This document shows, in pieces, positions 11,143-21,800 of a stretch of DNA of 64,000 bases. The notes under the pieces are model-generated. The model searched no databases, was not told where the DNA came from, and saw only the letters and a list, made by a program, of their open reading frames with translations. The DNA is taken from positions 1 through 64,000 of the forward strand of contig CDROCS010001760.1 in the NCBI GenBank assembly GCA_977020255.1, read 5' to 3'. The translations under genes were made by a program, and so were the position numbers. The DNA comes from Obrimoposthia wandeli (taxonomy: Eukaryota). Positions within the stretch are counted from its first letter, which is position 1. Every line of letters starts with the position of its first letter.

Positions 11143-11664
11143 ATGAAAATGAACAAATTAAATTTAACTATAAAGCCACTGGTTGCCATGAGCGTTGTCG
11201 CTCTTACCATAACGAGTCTTACTGTCAGTGCTATCGGTCATAAGAATGATGACGGTCAGTATAAACATAAAAATAGCATGGATTATCAGCAAGACGAAAG
11301 CCGTGATCATCATCATCGCAAAGGAAAAAATCGCTTACACCGTTTAGTGAAAAAGCTAGATTTGACCGATGAACAACGCGTTCAAGTTAAAGCAATTTTT
11401 GCCAATATGTCTGCGAAGCATAAAAATAAGTCTGATGAATTAAAAGAACAAGTACAGTCGCTTATGCAAGCAAGTGAATTTGACGAAGCTAAGTTTGAAG
11501 CTATACATTTAAAACGCCAAGAGAAGTTTGAAAAAATGGCGCTGGAAAAAGCGAAAATGCGTCACGCTATTATGCAAGTGCTTACACCCGAGCAACAGGA
11601 AGAGTTTTTATCTATACCCAAGCTACTTGAAGGTGCAGGATTCAGCAAGTCGAGAAAGGGTTAG
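11143..11664 (+). CDS. cpxP: Spy/CpxP family periplasmic chaperone, C-terminus altered by MITE insertion
   Basis: Signal peptide, LDLTDEQR and VLTPEQQ (LTxxQ) motifs; the last 16 residues are encoded by the MITE. Confidence 0.85.
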   Translation: MKMNKLNLTIKPLVAMSVVALTITSLTVSAIGHKNDDGQYKHKNSMDYQQDESRDHHHRKGKNRLHRLVKKLDLTDEQRVQVKAIFANMSAKHKNKSDELKEQVQSLMQASEFDEAKFEAIHLKRQEKFEKMALEKAKMRHAIMQVLTPEQQEEFLSIPKLLEGAGFSKSRKG

Positions 11665-11863
11665 CACCAAGGCATTGATTGAAGAGAATGGTTGTTCCAT
11701 TGTCGAAATCAATAACGCCGGAGATGACCCTTTATCGGCTAAGCTAGAAAACCAGCTCAGCGTTGCAGTACTTGATAAGGGAATAACCATTGTCTTCGTG
11801 CTGCGCCTTGACCTGATTTCCTAGCTTAGCTCTGAAACTGCATCTTCAAGTGGTTTGGGTATA
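11613..11863 (+). mobile_element. ERIC-like MITE family A, copy 1 (247 bp plus TA duplication; 15-bp internal deletion)
   Basis: TA|TACCCAAGCTACTTGAAGGTGCAG ... CTGCATCTTCAAGTGGTTTGGGTA|TA; near-identical to 38342-38607 (reverse) and 57775-58040. Confidence 0.95.
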
Positions 11864-11883
11864 TGGGTAAACATCGCAGAGGA

Positions 11884-13845
11884 TCACGTTAATAGGCTAA
11901 ACGAAAATATTTTCGACATTTTGCTTTCTACCGCACGGCCATTTTCTTTGGCGGGTAGAAAGCGCCATTTCTCCATCGCGTTGCGAATGGTGTTACGAAA
12001 ATAATTTACTTTACTTTTATTTTCAAATTTAAGGTCTTTGACGCGGCCATTCTTATCAATATTAAACTCAACCATTATTTCTAACTCTATACCTTTTCTT
12101 TTTGCTGAAGAAGGGTATTTAGGTTCAACTGAATCAATAAGTTTCGCTGCAATATCAGTCGCAGGCACCTTAGTGTATTTATAGGTAATATCAGCCGATT
12201 TTTTAGGGCTAAAGTTGATCGTACTCAATGTCTCATTGGCTAAGTCTTGTCGATTAGCTTTAACATAATGTGCTTGATTAAAGGTGCTAAAATGACGGCT
12301 TTTTGAAGCGCTTGGCTCCACTAATAATGATGCTAGTTGTTGTGAATAAGCGTTTTCTTTTTTGCTATTGCCTATAGGCTCTCTAGACTCTATGGCCAAT
12401 TCAGCTGCAGATTTAGCTTTGCTTATTTTAATATTTTGTTTAGCTTGGATTTCAGTTTTTAGACCTGCATCATTTTTTACAGAGTTTTTTGTGCTGTTCG
12501 AACCGCCTATTACAATAGGTAATTCGTTATAATAGTCAGCGCTAGCTTTATGACTAACTGTATTAGTTTCAATAATTAATGTACTAGGTTGAATGCTAAC
12601 ACTTTGCTCTTTTTTTTCTGGCAATGACGCCACTGTTTGTTCTGCAACGTTTGCTGTTTTTTCATCCGCATTTAAACTATCAATGGCAAACAGCTGACTC
12701 GCTAGCGAACTATTAGCCTTTAAGTGCTCGAAGGCTAGGGGAGCATAGGCAATGGTATTTTTATTTAACTCTTTAGCTGAGTTATAAATTGAAATACTAC
12801 CTGACTGTAAATCTATCACTGGCAATGTTAGCGTGTGTTTTGAAAATACGAAAACAAGGGTTAATAAAATGGTAGAAGATGCTAACCACTTTCCTGAATT
12901 CGTTGTTTTAGTGCAGTGTTGCTGCTCTAGTAAACGCACAACTCGCTGTTTTAAATCTCCGCCAGATGCCGCCATTGCCATATTTGGAATGGTGTGTTGA
13001 CGGTGTTTTTGGCATAAAGATGCGGTATCTGCCAGGGTATGCGCATAGGCAACTGAGCTGCCACTGTGCTGAACAGCAATATCATCGCTACAGTATTCTC
13101 TTTCATTACGCATTTGTTTCGAAACCCAACTAACCGCGGGATGAAAAAATAATAAAATGTCGACAAGAGTTTGTAAAAAATTAACTAAATAGTCGTGACG
13201 TCTAATATGAGCCAATTCATGAAGTAATAGCATATCTAACTGTGCTGGTGATAAGCCTGATAACATACTAAATGGGATCAGCACGACCGGCTTTAACCAA
13301 CCAATAGCCATAGGTACATTGGTTTTGTTCGATAATAATAAAACAATGTTTTTTGATAACCCAACTTTACTGACTAAGGCATCAAAGCGGATTTGTAGTG
13401 CCTTATCAACCGCAATAGAGCCCTGTAAAGGCAATTTATTAACATGATATAGCTCGATGATAAGCTTGAGCGCAAGTGTGGTAACAATGGTTAACCAAAC
13501 CATAGCAATCGCAGGTAAATACTCCAACCACTCTATATACCAAACGTTGGCTTGTATTTGTTCTAAATAAAAGTGTTGGTCGAGTAAGGGAAGGGCATCA
13601 ACAAAGTTACTTGCTTGGCGATATTCAATATCGTAAACAATAAAAAAAGTGATAAACGGTAGCATTAAATTTGCTAGCATCGCTAGCGAGCTCAAAGCGT
13701 AGCGCCATTGAGACCTTTGATATGAAATTAATGATAGTAAAACTTTTAACACCAACGCAACTAAAGCTCCTTGCCACAAAAAGTGGATAAGAGTTATGGC
13801 TAAAGCAGCTAATAATGGATTGTTTATTAAGCTTTCCTGCATCAT
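11884..13845 (-). CDS. BlaR1/M56 family membrane metallopeptidase fused to a TonB C-terminal domain
   Basis: HFLWQG, PMAIGWLKPVVLIP, HELAH (HExxH), NEREYCSDD; C-terminal PKYPSSAKRKGIE...V.F.IDKNGRV...AM.KWRFLPA. Confidence 0.88.
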   Translation of the reverse strand: MMQESLINNPLLAALAITLIHFLWQGALVALVLKVLLSLISYQRSQWRYALSSLAMLANLMLPFITFFIVYDIEYRQASNFVDALPLLDQHFYLEQIQANVWYIEWLEYLPAIAMVWLTIVTTLALKLIIELYHVNKLPLQGSIAVDKALQIRFDALVSKVGLSKNIVLLLSNKTNVPMAIGWLKPVVLIPFSMLSGLSPAQLDMLLLHELAHIRRHDYLVNFLQTLVDILLFFHPAVSWVSKQMRNEREYCSDDIAVQHSGSSVAYAHTLADTASLCQKHRQHTIPNMAMAASGGDLKQRVVRLLEQQHCTKTTNSGKWLASSTILLTLVFVFSKHTLTLPVIDLQSGSISIYNSAKELNKNTIAYAPLAFEHLKANSSLASQLFAIDSLNADEKTANVAEQTVASLPEKKEQSVSIQPSTLIIETNTVSHKASADYYNELPIVIGGSNSTKNSVKNDAGLKTEIQAKQNIKISKAKSAAELAIESREPIGNSKKENAYSQQLASLLVEPSASKSRHFSTFNQAHYVKANRQDLANETLSTINFSPKKSADITYKYTKVPATDIAAKLIDSVEPKYPSSAKRKGIELEIMVEFNIDKNGRVKDLKFENKSKVNYFRNTIRNAMEKWRFLPAKENGRAVESKMSKIFSFSLLT

Positions 13846-13883
13846 TTATTGTTTTAAGTACCTTGCTTATAGATATAAGTTTA

Positions 13884-14270
13884 TTAAGACTGCTGTTCTA
13901 GCTCATTAAGTAGCTGCCTAATATCTTCAATTTCTTCTTTGCTTGTAGAATCATCTAGTGCACGCATAACCAATTTTGATGTTGAACCACCAAAAGCTTT
14001 TAGTACTAAATCTTTCAATAAAGAAGACTGAGTCACCATTTCACTATTGGCTGGAGCATAAACGTGCGCACGGTTGCTTTCATCACGAATAACTAAAGAC
14101 TTTTCGTGCATTATTTGTAGTATTTTTAATACGGTAGTATAGCCAGTCTTTTGAGTTTGGCTAACGGTTTCGTGAATCTGTCGGACCGTAGCCGGTCCCA
14201 TTTTCCATAAAATATTAAGCAACGAAAGTTCGGCCTCAGTTGGCTTAATATTTGACTTATCTCGTGACAT
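13884..14270 (-). CDS. BlaI/MecI/CopY family repressor
   Basis: PTEAELSLLNILWK.GPATVRQIHE, YTTVLKILQIMHEK, FGGSTSKLVM. Confidence 0.92.
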   Translation of the reverse strand: MSRDKSNIKPTEAELSLLNILWKMGPATVRQIHETVSQTQKTGYTTVLKILQIMHEKSLVIRDESNRAHVYAPANSEMVTQSSLLKDLVLKAFGGSTSKLVMRALDDSTSKEEIEDIRQLLNELEQQS

Positions 14271-14304
14271 TGAGATTCCTTAAGGCAAATTTATTTAGAA
14301 TTAC

Positions 14305-14324
14305 TATACGAACATGCTCGTATA
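14305..14324. promoter_or_regulatory. Putative BlaI-type operator
   Basis: Near-perfect palindrome TATACGA-ACATGC-TCGTATA 35-54 bp upstream of the repressor start. Confidence 0.7.
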
Positions 14325-14425
14325 TCATTACACCTATCCTATCTTGCGACGAATAAATGAGCAACAGTAATCCTCTAATTGTTTTAATTTATCGTTAATA
14401 AAAAATAAAAGCTAACGGTACCGTG

Positions 14426-15178
14426 TCATTTAAGTGATGAAACTATCTGGCGTGATCGTGCAGGGAAATTGGTAAATATACCATCAACTTGATATTGCAA
14501 ACACTGCTTGATTTGCTCTGGATGATCGACGGTATAAACCCATACTTGCAAACCTTTATTGTGAGCGTCATTAATAATTTCAGGGTTAATAAAGTCGATT
14601 GCCAAATTTAACATGCTAACGTCTAATTTTTTACAAAATTCCGCATAATCAACAGGGCAACAGGCAATCAATGCTGCTGTGGCTACCGCCGGTAAATATT
14701 TTTTTGCATAAATAAGGGCATGATGATTAAAGGATGAAATTATGACTTGTTGATAAGTGATTACTTTCTTTAACTGTAACTGCTTAAGTAATGTTTCAAG
14801 CTTTTGTATTTCACTAGCAAGCTGAATACCTTGCGTTGCCGATTTTAATTCAATATTGATCAGGCATTGCTGATCAATACAGTGTAAGGCATCAGCTAAT
14901 GTACAAAGGCGGTATTTGCCTTTTATCGATATGTCGGTGAGTTCAGCGAGCGATAGTTGGTTAAAGTGGACTTTTGCTTTCTGGCCGCCTTTTTCATCAC
15001 GACTTTCTTCAGCATCCTTAAGATAGCTGTCATGTAAAAGAATAAACTCGCCACTAGGTTGATGGTACTGAATATCAAACTCAATACCATCGCAGCCTTG
15101 TAATATAGCTTGCTCAAATGCCAGCAGTGAGTTTTCTGGAAACTCACCACTGGCACCTCTATGAGCAAGTATTTTCAT
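14426..15178 (-). CDS. Glycerophosphodiester phosphodiesterase
   Basis: AHRGASGEFPENSL.AF, GIEFDIQ, NIELK, ISSFNH, VDGIFTNFP. Confidence 0.92.
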   Translation of the reverse strand: MKILAHRGASGEFPENSLLAFEQAILQGCDGIEFDIQYHQPSGEFILLHDSYLKDAEESRDEKGGQKAKVHFNQLSLAELTDISIKGKYRLCTLADALHCIDQQCLINIELKSATQGIQLASEIQKLETLLKQLQLKKVITYQQVIISSFNHHALIYAKKYLPAVATAALIACCPVDYAEFCKKLDVSMLNLAIDFINPEIINDAHNKGLQVWVYTVDHPEQIKQCLQYQVDGIFTNFPARSRQIVSSLK

Positions 15179-15238
15179 TTTTTAGCATGACCGATGTTGA
15201 GTTTTAATTTGGGATTATACAAATAGCTCATCGCGATT

Positions 15239-16105
15239 TTACTGTAATAGATCGGCATAATGTTCACCAAGGCGAGTGACCGTTTCTGGACCTGCTTGTT
15301 GGTTAAACTTCACCATATTAGGCGCGAAAGTGGTCACAACAGTAGAGCCAAGTTTAAAACGGCCCATTTCGGCGCCTTTTTCTAATGTTATCGCACCAGC
15401 ACCTTGTGCAGGATACTGCCAACGAAAGACATCTTTACCAGCAGGAGGCGTTACTGTACCTGCCCAAATAGTTTCAATACTAGCCACTATTGTAGCGCCC
15501 ACAAGTACCATTGCCATTGCGCCATGAGCGGTATCAAAAATCGCCACTACGCGTTCATTACGAGCAAATAGATTAGGAACATTATTGGCGGTTAAAGGGT
15601 TAACTGAAAATAAATCGCCAGGGACATAAATCATTTCACGTAATGTGCCGGTTATTGGCATATGAATACGGTGATAATCTTTTGGTGCTAAATAAATACA
15701 TGAAAACTCACCGTCTTGAAAAGGTGCTGCGGTTGCTTTGTCACCGCCAAGTAAGGTTTCTAAACTGTAATTAAAGCCTTTTGCTTGAATAAGTTGTCCC
15801 TGTTCAATAGGCCCTTGTTGACTAATGGCACCATCGACAGGGTAACAAACCGTATTTGGTGCATCGAGAATGGTACGCGCACCTGCTTCAAGTTCACGAG
15901 TAAAAAAATCATTAAAGGTTTTAAAGTCGCTAGCGTTTTTTAATTTAGCCTCAGCCATATTAATATCATAAGCTTTAATAAAAGCGCTGATGGCCTTAGT
16001 GGTTAGCCAGCCGGCTTCTGCCGCTGCAAATTTACCGACAAGTCGAGAAATTCCATGTTTTGGCATCAGGTACTGCAAAGCAATTTTTATTTTATTTACT
16101 AACAC
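15239..16105 (-). CDS. psd: Phosphatidylserine decarboxylase proenzyme
   Basis: [29 protein letters not shown], cleavage motif RFKLGST. Confidence 0.96.
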   Translation of the reverse strand: MLVNKIKIALQYLMPKHGISRLVGKFAAAEAGWLTTKAISAFIKAYDINMAEAKLKNASDFKTFNDFFTRELEAGARTILDAPNTVCYPVDGAISQQGPIEQGQLIQAKGFNYSLETLLGGDKATAAPFQDGEFSCIYLAPKDYHRIHMPITGTLREMIYVPGDLFSVNPLTANNVPNLFARNERVVAIFDTAHGAMAMVLVGATIVASIETIWAGTVTPPAGKDVFRWQYPAQGAGAITLEKGAEMGRFKLGSTVVTTFAPNMVKFNQQAGPETVTRLGEHYADLLQ

Positions 16106-16127
16106 TGTTATTCCTTAATTTTCAATT

Positions 16128-17165
16128 TTAATCGTTAAAGCGCGAGGTCAGGGTGTTGTCACCTAAACTGGCTAATATTTTTTGGAAACTGGCAAGTCGC
16201 TCTGGATAAATTTTACCATCTTCTTTTGCCGCAATTAGCGCACAACCTGGATCGTTTTGATGCTTGCAGTCGCGAAACTTACAAGCGCCTAAATACTCGT
16301 CAAATTCGATAAAGCCATTACTGACTTGTGCTGGCGATAAATGCCATAAGCCAAATTCACGTATACCTGGTGAGTCAATTAAATCACCACCTTGTTCAAA
16401 GTGATATAATCGAGCAACGGTTGTTGTATGTTGTCCAAGCCCTGAGTTTTCAGATACTATTTTAGTAACTACACCTAATTCAGGCATCAAAGTGTTAGTA
16501 AGTGTTGACTTACCTACGCCCGATTGGCCGACGAAGATACTGGTATGTTGGCTTAACTGTAGTTTTAACTCGGGAATACCTTCGCCAGTTTCGTTACTAA
16601 CATAAGTGACTTGGTAGCCAATGTTACGATAAATATTAAGCTGATTTTCAATTTCATCACGATTGCTGTCATCGAGTAAATCAACTTTATTTAAAAGAAT
16701 AACCGGCGTAATGCCTGTTTGTTCAGCCGCCACTAAGTAACGGTCGATAATGTCGGCATTAAAAGCCGGTAATACCGATGAAACAATGAGTATTTGGCTA
16801 ATATTAGCGGCAATGGGCTTAACACCGTCATAAACATCAGGTCGGCTCAGGACAGAATCTCGTTCGTGTACCGCTTCTATTACGCCAGAAATACTATGCT
16901 GCGTTTCTTTACCCTTGCGCCAAAGTACTTTGTCGCCACACACCAAAGAGGAAATGCTACGACGCAAGTTACAACGAAATATTTCACCGTCGCTTCCTTC
17001 TACATCGGCATGTTGACCAAAGCGACTGATAACCGTACCGTTTTCAGCGGTAGCGAGTTCATCATCTTGCCACTGTACTTTCTCGGTAGACTTACGTAAC
17101 TTCTTGCTTTGGTTAGCTTTGATCTGTCGCGCTTGACCTTTAGTTATTTTTTTGGCTTTAGCCAC
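16128..17165 (-). CDS. rsgA: Ribosome small subunit-dependent GTPase A
   Basis: NKVD, GQSGVGKS, GQHTTT, DSPGIREF, CKFRDCKHQNDPGC. Confidence 0.97.
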   Translation of the reverse strand: MAKAKKITKGQARQIKANQSKKLRKSTEKVQWQDDELATAENGTVISRFGQHADVEGSDGEIFRCNLRRSISSLVCGDKVLWRKGKETQHSISGVIEAVHERDSVLSRPDVYDGVKPIAANISQILIVSSVLPAFNADIIDRYLVAAEQTGITPVILLNKVDLLDDSNRDEIENQLNIYRNIGYQVTYVSNETGEGIPELKLQLSQHTSIFVGQSGVGKSTLTNTLMPELGVVTKIVSENSGLGQHTTTVARLYHFEQGGDLIDSPGIREFGLWHLSPAQVSNGFIEFDEYLGACKFRDCKHQNDPGCALIAAKEDGKIYPERLASFQKILASLGDNTLTSRFND

Positions 17166-17371
17166 AAATTACTCTCATTTTATTTCAACTCTACATTGCG
17201 GTGTTAACTTGCTTGAGCAAATTACAAATAAATTTAATCATGCTACATTCTGACGTATTATATACTCAAGCAACGCATAAATGCATGCGTAATCGCGCCT
17301 TTTACCGACACTAGATCACATGGCTAGTGTGTTTAAAGCGTCTAATTTGATGAAAAGTAATTAACGTAGGA

Positions 17372-17923
17372 ATGACAATGAACGCTAACGATAGCAATTT
17401 AATTTGGCTAGATTTAGAAATGACCGGCCTTGAACCGAGTACCGATGTGATCTTAGAAATTGCGACGATAATTACCGATAGCCAATTGAATATTTTAGCT
17501 GAAGGCCCTGTTTTTGCTATTCATCAAAGCGATGAAGTATTAAATGCTATGAATCCATGGTGCATTGATCATCATGGCAAGTCAGGCCTAACCCAAAGGT
17601 GTCGCCAAAGTAGCACGACTATAGAGCAAGCTAGCGCTGAAACACTGGCCTTTTTCCAGCAGCATGTCACTAAAGGTAAATCACCAATGTGTGGCAATAG
17701 CATTGGCCAAGACCGACGTTTTATTAATAAATATATGCCGACATTTGAAGATTATTTTCATTATCGTAACGTTGATGTGAGTACGATAAAAGAATTGGCA
17801 CGTCGTTGGAAACCAGAAGTACTGAAGAAAGTTGTGAAAACGGGCGCGCATTTAGCCATGGATGATATTCGTGAATCAATTGCAGAATTAAAAATTTATC
17901 AGGAACACTTTTTTAAGCTTTAG
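17372..17923 (+). CDS. orn: Oligoribonuclease
   Basis: [45 protein letters not shown]. Confidence 0.97.
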   Translation: MTMNANDSNLIWLDLEMTGLEPSTDVILEIATIITDSQLNILAEGPVFAIHQSDEVLNAMNPWCIDHHGKSGLTQRCRQSSTTIEQASAETLAFFQQHVTKGKSPMCGNSIGQDRRFINKYMPTFEDYFHYRNVDVSTIKELARRWKPEVLKKVVKTGAHLAMDDIRESIAELKIYQEHFFKL

Positions 17924-17950
17924 TATCTACACTCAATAAAGCGATAAATT

Positions 17951-17975
17951 AAAAGACGCATTAGCGTCTTTTTTT
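17951..17975 (+). terminator. Intrinsic terminator after orn
   Basis: AAAAGACGC-ATTA-GCGTCTTTTTTT. Confidence 0.8.
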
Positions 17976-18061
17976 ATAAAAACCTTGCAGGTCAGACCAG
18001 TTTGTTTGACAATAAATTAAATCGATAAAATTTATATATAAAACCGCCATCAAGGATATTT

Positions 18062-18550
18062 ATGACCAACCGCTTTAGTAGAATCATTAAAAAGATAAAA
18101 ATGTTACCAAAAGCTACGCATTCGTTTTTATTGACGAAATTGTTCTGCTCGCAAGTAAAGTATGCGCGTACCTCTAGAATCATCCTTCTTGAGGTTGAAC
18201 AAAATAAAGTTAAGTTGCTGATAAAAAATAAAAAGAGAGTGCAAAATCATATTGGGGGAGTGCATGCAATTGCGGTGGCATTGTTGGCTGAATCAGCAAC
18301 AGGCATTGTATTTGGCATGAATTTGCCGGATAGCAGCATACCTTTATTAAAATCGATGACCATGAACTTCCAACGTAGAATGCAAGGTGACTTAACCGCT
18401 ATTGCTACCATTAGTGATGAACAAATATCATTATTGAACCAAGAGAAAGGTAATATGGAAATTGCTGTTAGTATTACGGATGAATCTGGTGAGCAACCGA
18501 TCGAGTGCTTTATGACATGGGCTTGGATAGCAAAACAAGCGAAGAAATAA
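18062..18550 (+). CDS. Hotdog-fold thioesterase-like protein (DUF4442/PaaI-like)
   Basis: NHIGGVHAIAVALLAESATG. Confidence 0.75.
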   Translation: MTNRFSRIIKKIKMLPKATHSFLLTKLFCSQVKYARTSRIILLEVEQNKVKLLIKNKKRVQNHIGGVHAIAVALLAESATGIVFGMNLPDSSIPLLKSMTMNFQRRMQGDLTAIATISDEQISLLNQEKGNMEIAVSITDESGEQPIECFMTWAWIAKQAKK

Positions 18551-18878
18551 GCTCTGCTAGCAACAGATAAACAGCAGCGAAACAATCACTGACGTTATTA
18601 AGGCTGAATTATATTATCGATAATCCACTTCAGTTAAAAGTGTTTGATATCTTGAACTGACTTGTAATAACTCGCATCGTTAGCGTTAACTTGGGGTACT
18701 CATCAGGCTGAGGTAAATTGATTTGCGGTAGTTTAATCGTTGCTAATTGAGGTTAAATCCATACACTGTGTGTTGTATAGCTATACTTTCAGACGTTGCA
18801 CTAACGATGCACTATTTTGTAGTTTAGCTATATAATCAACACATTCTGTATCTGACTTGTTAGGATAAGACCTCGTTC

Positions 18879-21800
18879 ATGGATTCAACACTGCCGCTAC
18901 ACCGCCAACTCTCAAGCCGTTTTTTACTCTTGGCCTTGAGCTTTATCTTACTTTGCTTTTTGGCCTCAGTACTGTATTTTCAACATGAACAAGATGTAGC
19001 TGTACTGAAATATCAGCAATTACCCAGTATTGAAAAATATAATCAGCGACAACTATTGCTGATCAAAAATGATCGTTTAATTAATGAAGTTTTGAATAGC
19101 CAATATGCAGCAAAATTTGGCGATTATTATCAAACAATCAATGAAGATTTAACCAAAATATCTGCCTTAAGTCGTAATAATAGACAAGTGCTAAAACAGT
19201 TAACTCTGCAATGGCAGCAACAAGCTGATAATGCAAATAGCTTAAGTGAAAGTTACCGCCGTAATATTCAACTTAAAGACAATGTTATCATACAGCTGAC
19301 CTTAGTCGCCGATAGCTTATCAAATTTGGTTGCAGCACAAGCTTTGCAGCAGAACGATTTGTATCGACAGATAACTCAAGACAAATTAACAGCCCGAATC
19401 ACCGCAACCAAAGCAAAAGTACTCAGTCATCTAGTTAATAACCTCAATATTAATCGTGAATTTCACCGTGCTGTAATTGATAGCTTAGTCATGTTCAATC
19501 AACTGGATTTGCATTATGACTTAATCAATTTTGACTATATTCAGCAAAAAACACACCACGAGATAACGCACTGGCTAGCAAGTACGACTAATATATTGAC
19601 CAAAAATAGCAATGAAAATGTGTTATTTGAGCAAATAACGGTGCTTAATGATTTGCTGTTTAGCGAGCAAAATACTTTCGAAAAGTGGCGAGAACAACTG
19701 CACAGAGCAAACGCGTTTCAAGCACAGTTAGTGACACAAAAAAACCAACTTATGCCACTACTTGATAAAGCGCTTGTGGTTCAGTCTATTAAGCCGTCAA
19801 TGCTTGAACGAGAGATTGTCAACTTAATGGAGAGAGCTAATATTGGCTTGCAAGCTAAGCACTACATTTGGCTAGTTGCCGTTATTTTTGCTTTGTTGGC
19901 TATTATCTTTATCAGTGCACTGATTAGTCTGCACAGAAGAATAAAGCATTTTGGAGCACAAAGTACCGCGGTGGTTGAAGAGTGGGTGGCTAGTGGAGAA
20001 GTGGCAGGGCCAGTTCCAGCACTTGAGATAGCTAGCATCATTAATAGCGTTGAGCAGTTATCTCGCCCAGAACATAGTGAAGCCGACTTCAGAAAACAAC
20101 AGCAACGTCATCAAATACAAATTGCCACTATGTCTCGTCATAGTGGTCATGTTTTTTGGCAGTTTCCTGCACTCTCCAAACAAAAACAGCAGCAGTTACG
20201 TGCTTTATTGGGCAGTAAGCTGATTTATCAACATTGGCGTCAATACTTTAGTCGCGTGGATGTACGCGCTATTTTATCTATAGCTAAGCAGGCAAAAAAT
20301 AACAATAGCGTTGAAAAAATTGCCTTAGTAAGCCTTCAGGGAAAAGCTATTGTGCTAACCGTTGAACACCTTGATGGTTTATGGTGTGGTAGTTTATGTA
20401 ATGCAGAAGAATATCGTCGATTAGAAGATAGTAATACACAATTACAACAAGAGCTTAAGCAGCAAAGTCAGGCCGATAAATTTGCCACTATTGCTAGTAG
20501 TGATGATCTTACTTTGTTGATAAGCAATGCAATGCAGCAAAGGCAAATGCTCTCGTTAGCACAAGGTAATGAACAAATAGCTTACCAGCAATTAAGCGCT
20601 TTAATGTTTTGGAGCGAGCAACAAAAAACCAGTGCTCAGCTACGTTGTGATGATTTTGTTTTGAGCTTATCGACAGTCAATATAACTAATGAAATAGATA
20701 CTGCATTAGCCAATATTGGCTTATATCAAGTGTTGAATAACAACGCTATTTACTTAAATATTACAGGTGAACTAAATTCACCTGTTACGCTTGAGAGCGA
20801 GTTTTTTCAAGCAATGATCAAGGTTATTTGCAATACGATGCTCAGTGACCAACAAGGGGTTGTGCTTGATGTTAATGTGCAGGCGCTTGAACTAAGCGTG
20901 ACTCAGCAAATATTACGAATGAGCTTTCAAGTTAATCAGCCAATAAATACAGGCAAGTTATCTCAGGTGATTAATGCATTGGTTGCGGAAGATGAGTCAA
21001 GCACGCAAGTAAATCATGCTAGCAAGCATTATCTGAGAGATTTACAACTGATGTTCGATGTTAGTAATAAAACAGCCCAGCAATTAGAAACCGCAGAAAG
21101 CTTTGCTTTTGAATTACCCTTAGCACTCGCTGAAAGTGCCACGAGCTCAAGCCCGCTAAGAACAATAAACCAAGCTAAAGCGGTGAAACTAACTAAAAGC
21201 ACGCTATTAGTGATTGCGACAGATAAAAGCAATCGTGAAAGAATTTGTCAGCAATTTGCCGACAGTAAAGTTGTGGTTGAAACTATGCAGGACTTATTGC
21301 TGTTTACACGACAGTTCAGTGTTAAACGCTTAACTAAAAATCGCTTAGATGTTGTTATTTTGTCACCGGAAGTTTATCTCTCAGATTATGATTTAATTAC
21401 TCAGCATGTGGCAAGTTTGCCGATTAACATTCAGCCTAAAATAATGGTTATTCAACCATTTAATTGTACAACACTGCAACGAACAGGTTTATTCTCTGTT
21501 AGCAACTTTCCTTGGCTTGCAGGTGAGTTAGTCGAAAATGTTGCGCAGCTTATAAAGGGTAGTGACAATACTAATTTATTAGCCGCGAAAGAGACTTTTA
21601 CGCCTTATCGTTTTGTGCCAACACAAGTGGAAGTGCTTTTGGCGGTGGCTGAATTGCGAGCACATCAAGACTTACTGCGAGTATTGTCTTGGTTTGGCCT
21701 ACAGGTTACGGTTATTTCTCAACAAGAAACGCTTGAAAGACTCTGGCACTCAGGGCGTTACTTAGTCGTTATTTCGGAATTTTTACCATTTAAAGTTGAT

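Noticed and set aside
11528-11824. ORF-track proteins containing QDSASRERVSTKALIE (also 38381-38704, 38415-38645, 38994-39182, 57719-57967, 57759-58001)
   Set aside because: They are open frames running through the MITE with unrelated starts in each copy; not treated as genes.
17209-17273. 9-bp inverted repeat TTGCTTGAG/CTCAAGCAA between rsgA and orn
   Set aside because: A single short repeat with a 47-bp spacer and no second copy seen; compatible with chance or ordinary promoter structure.
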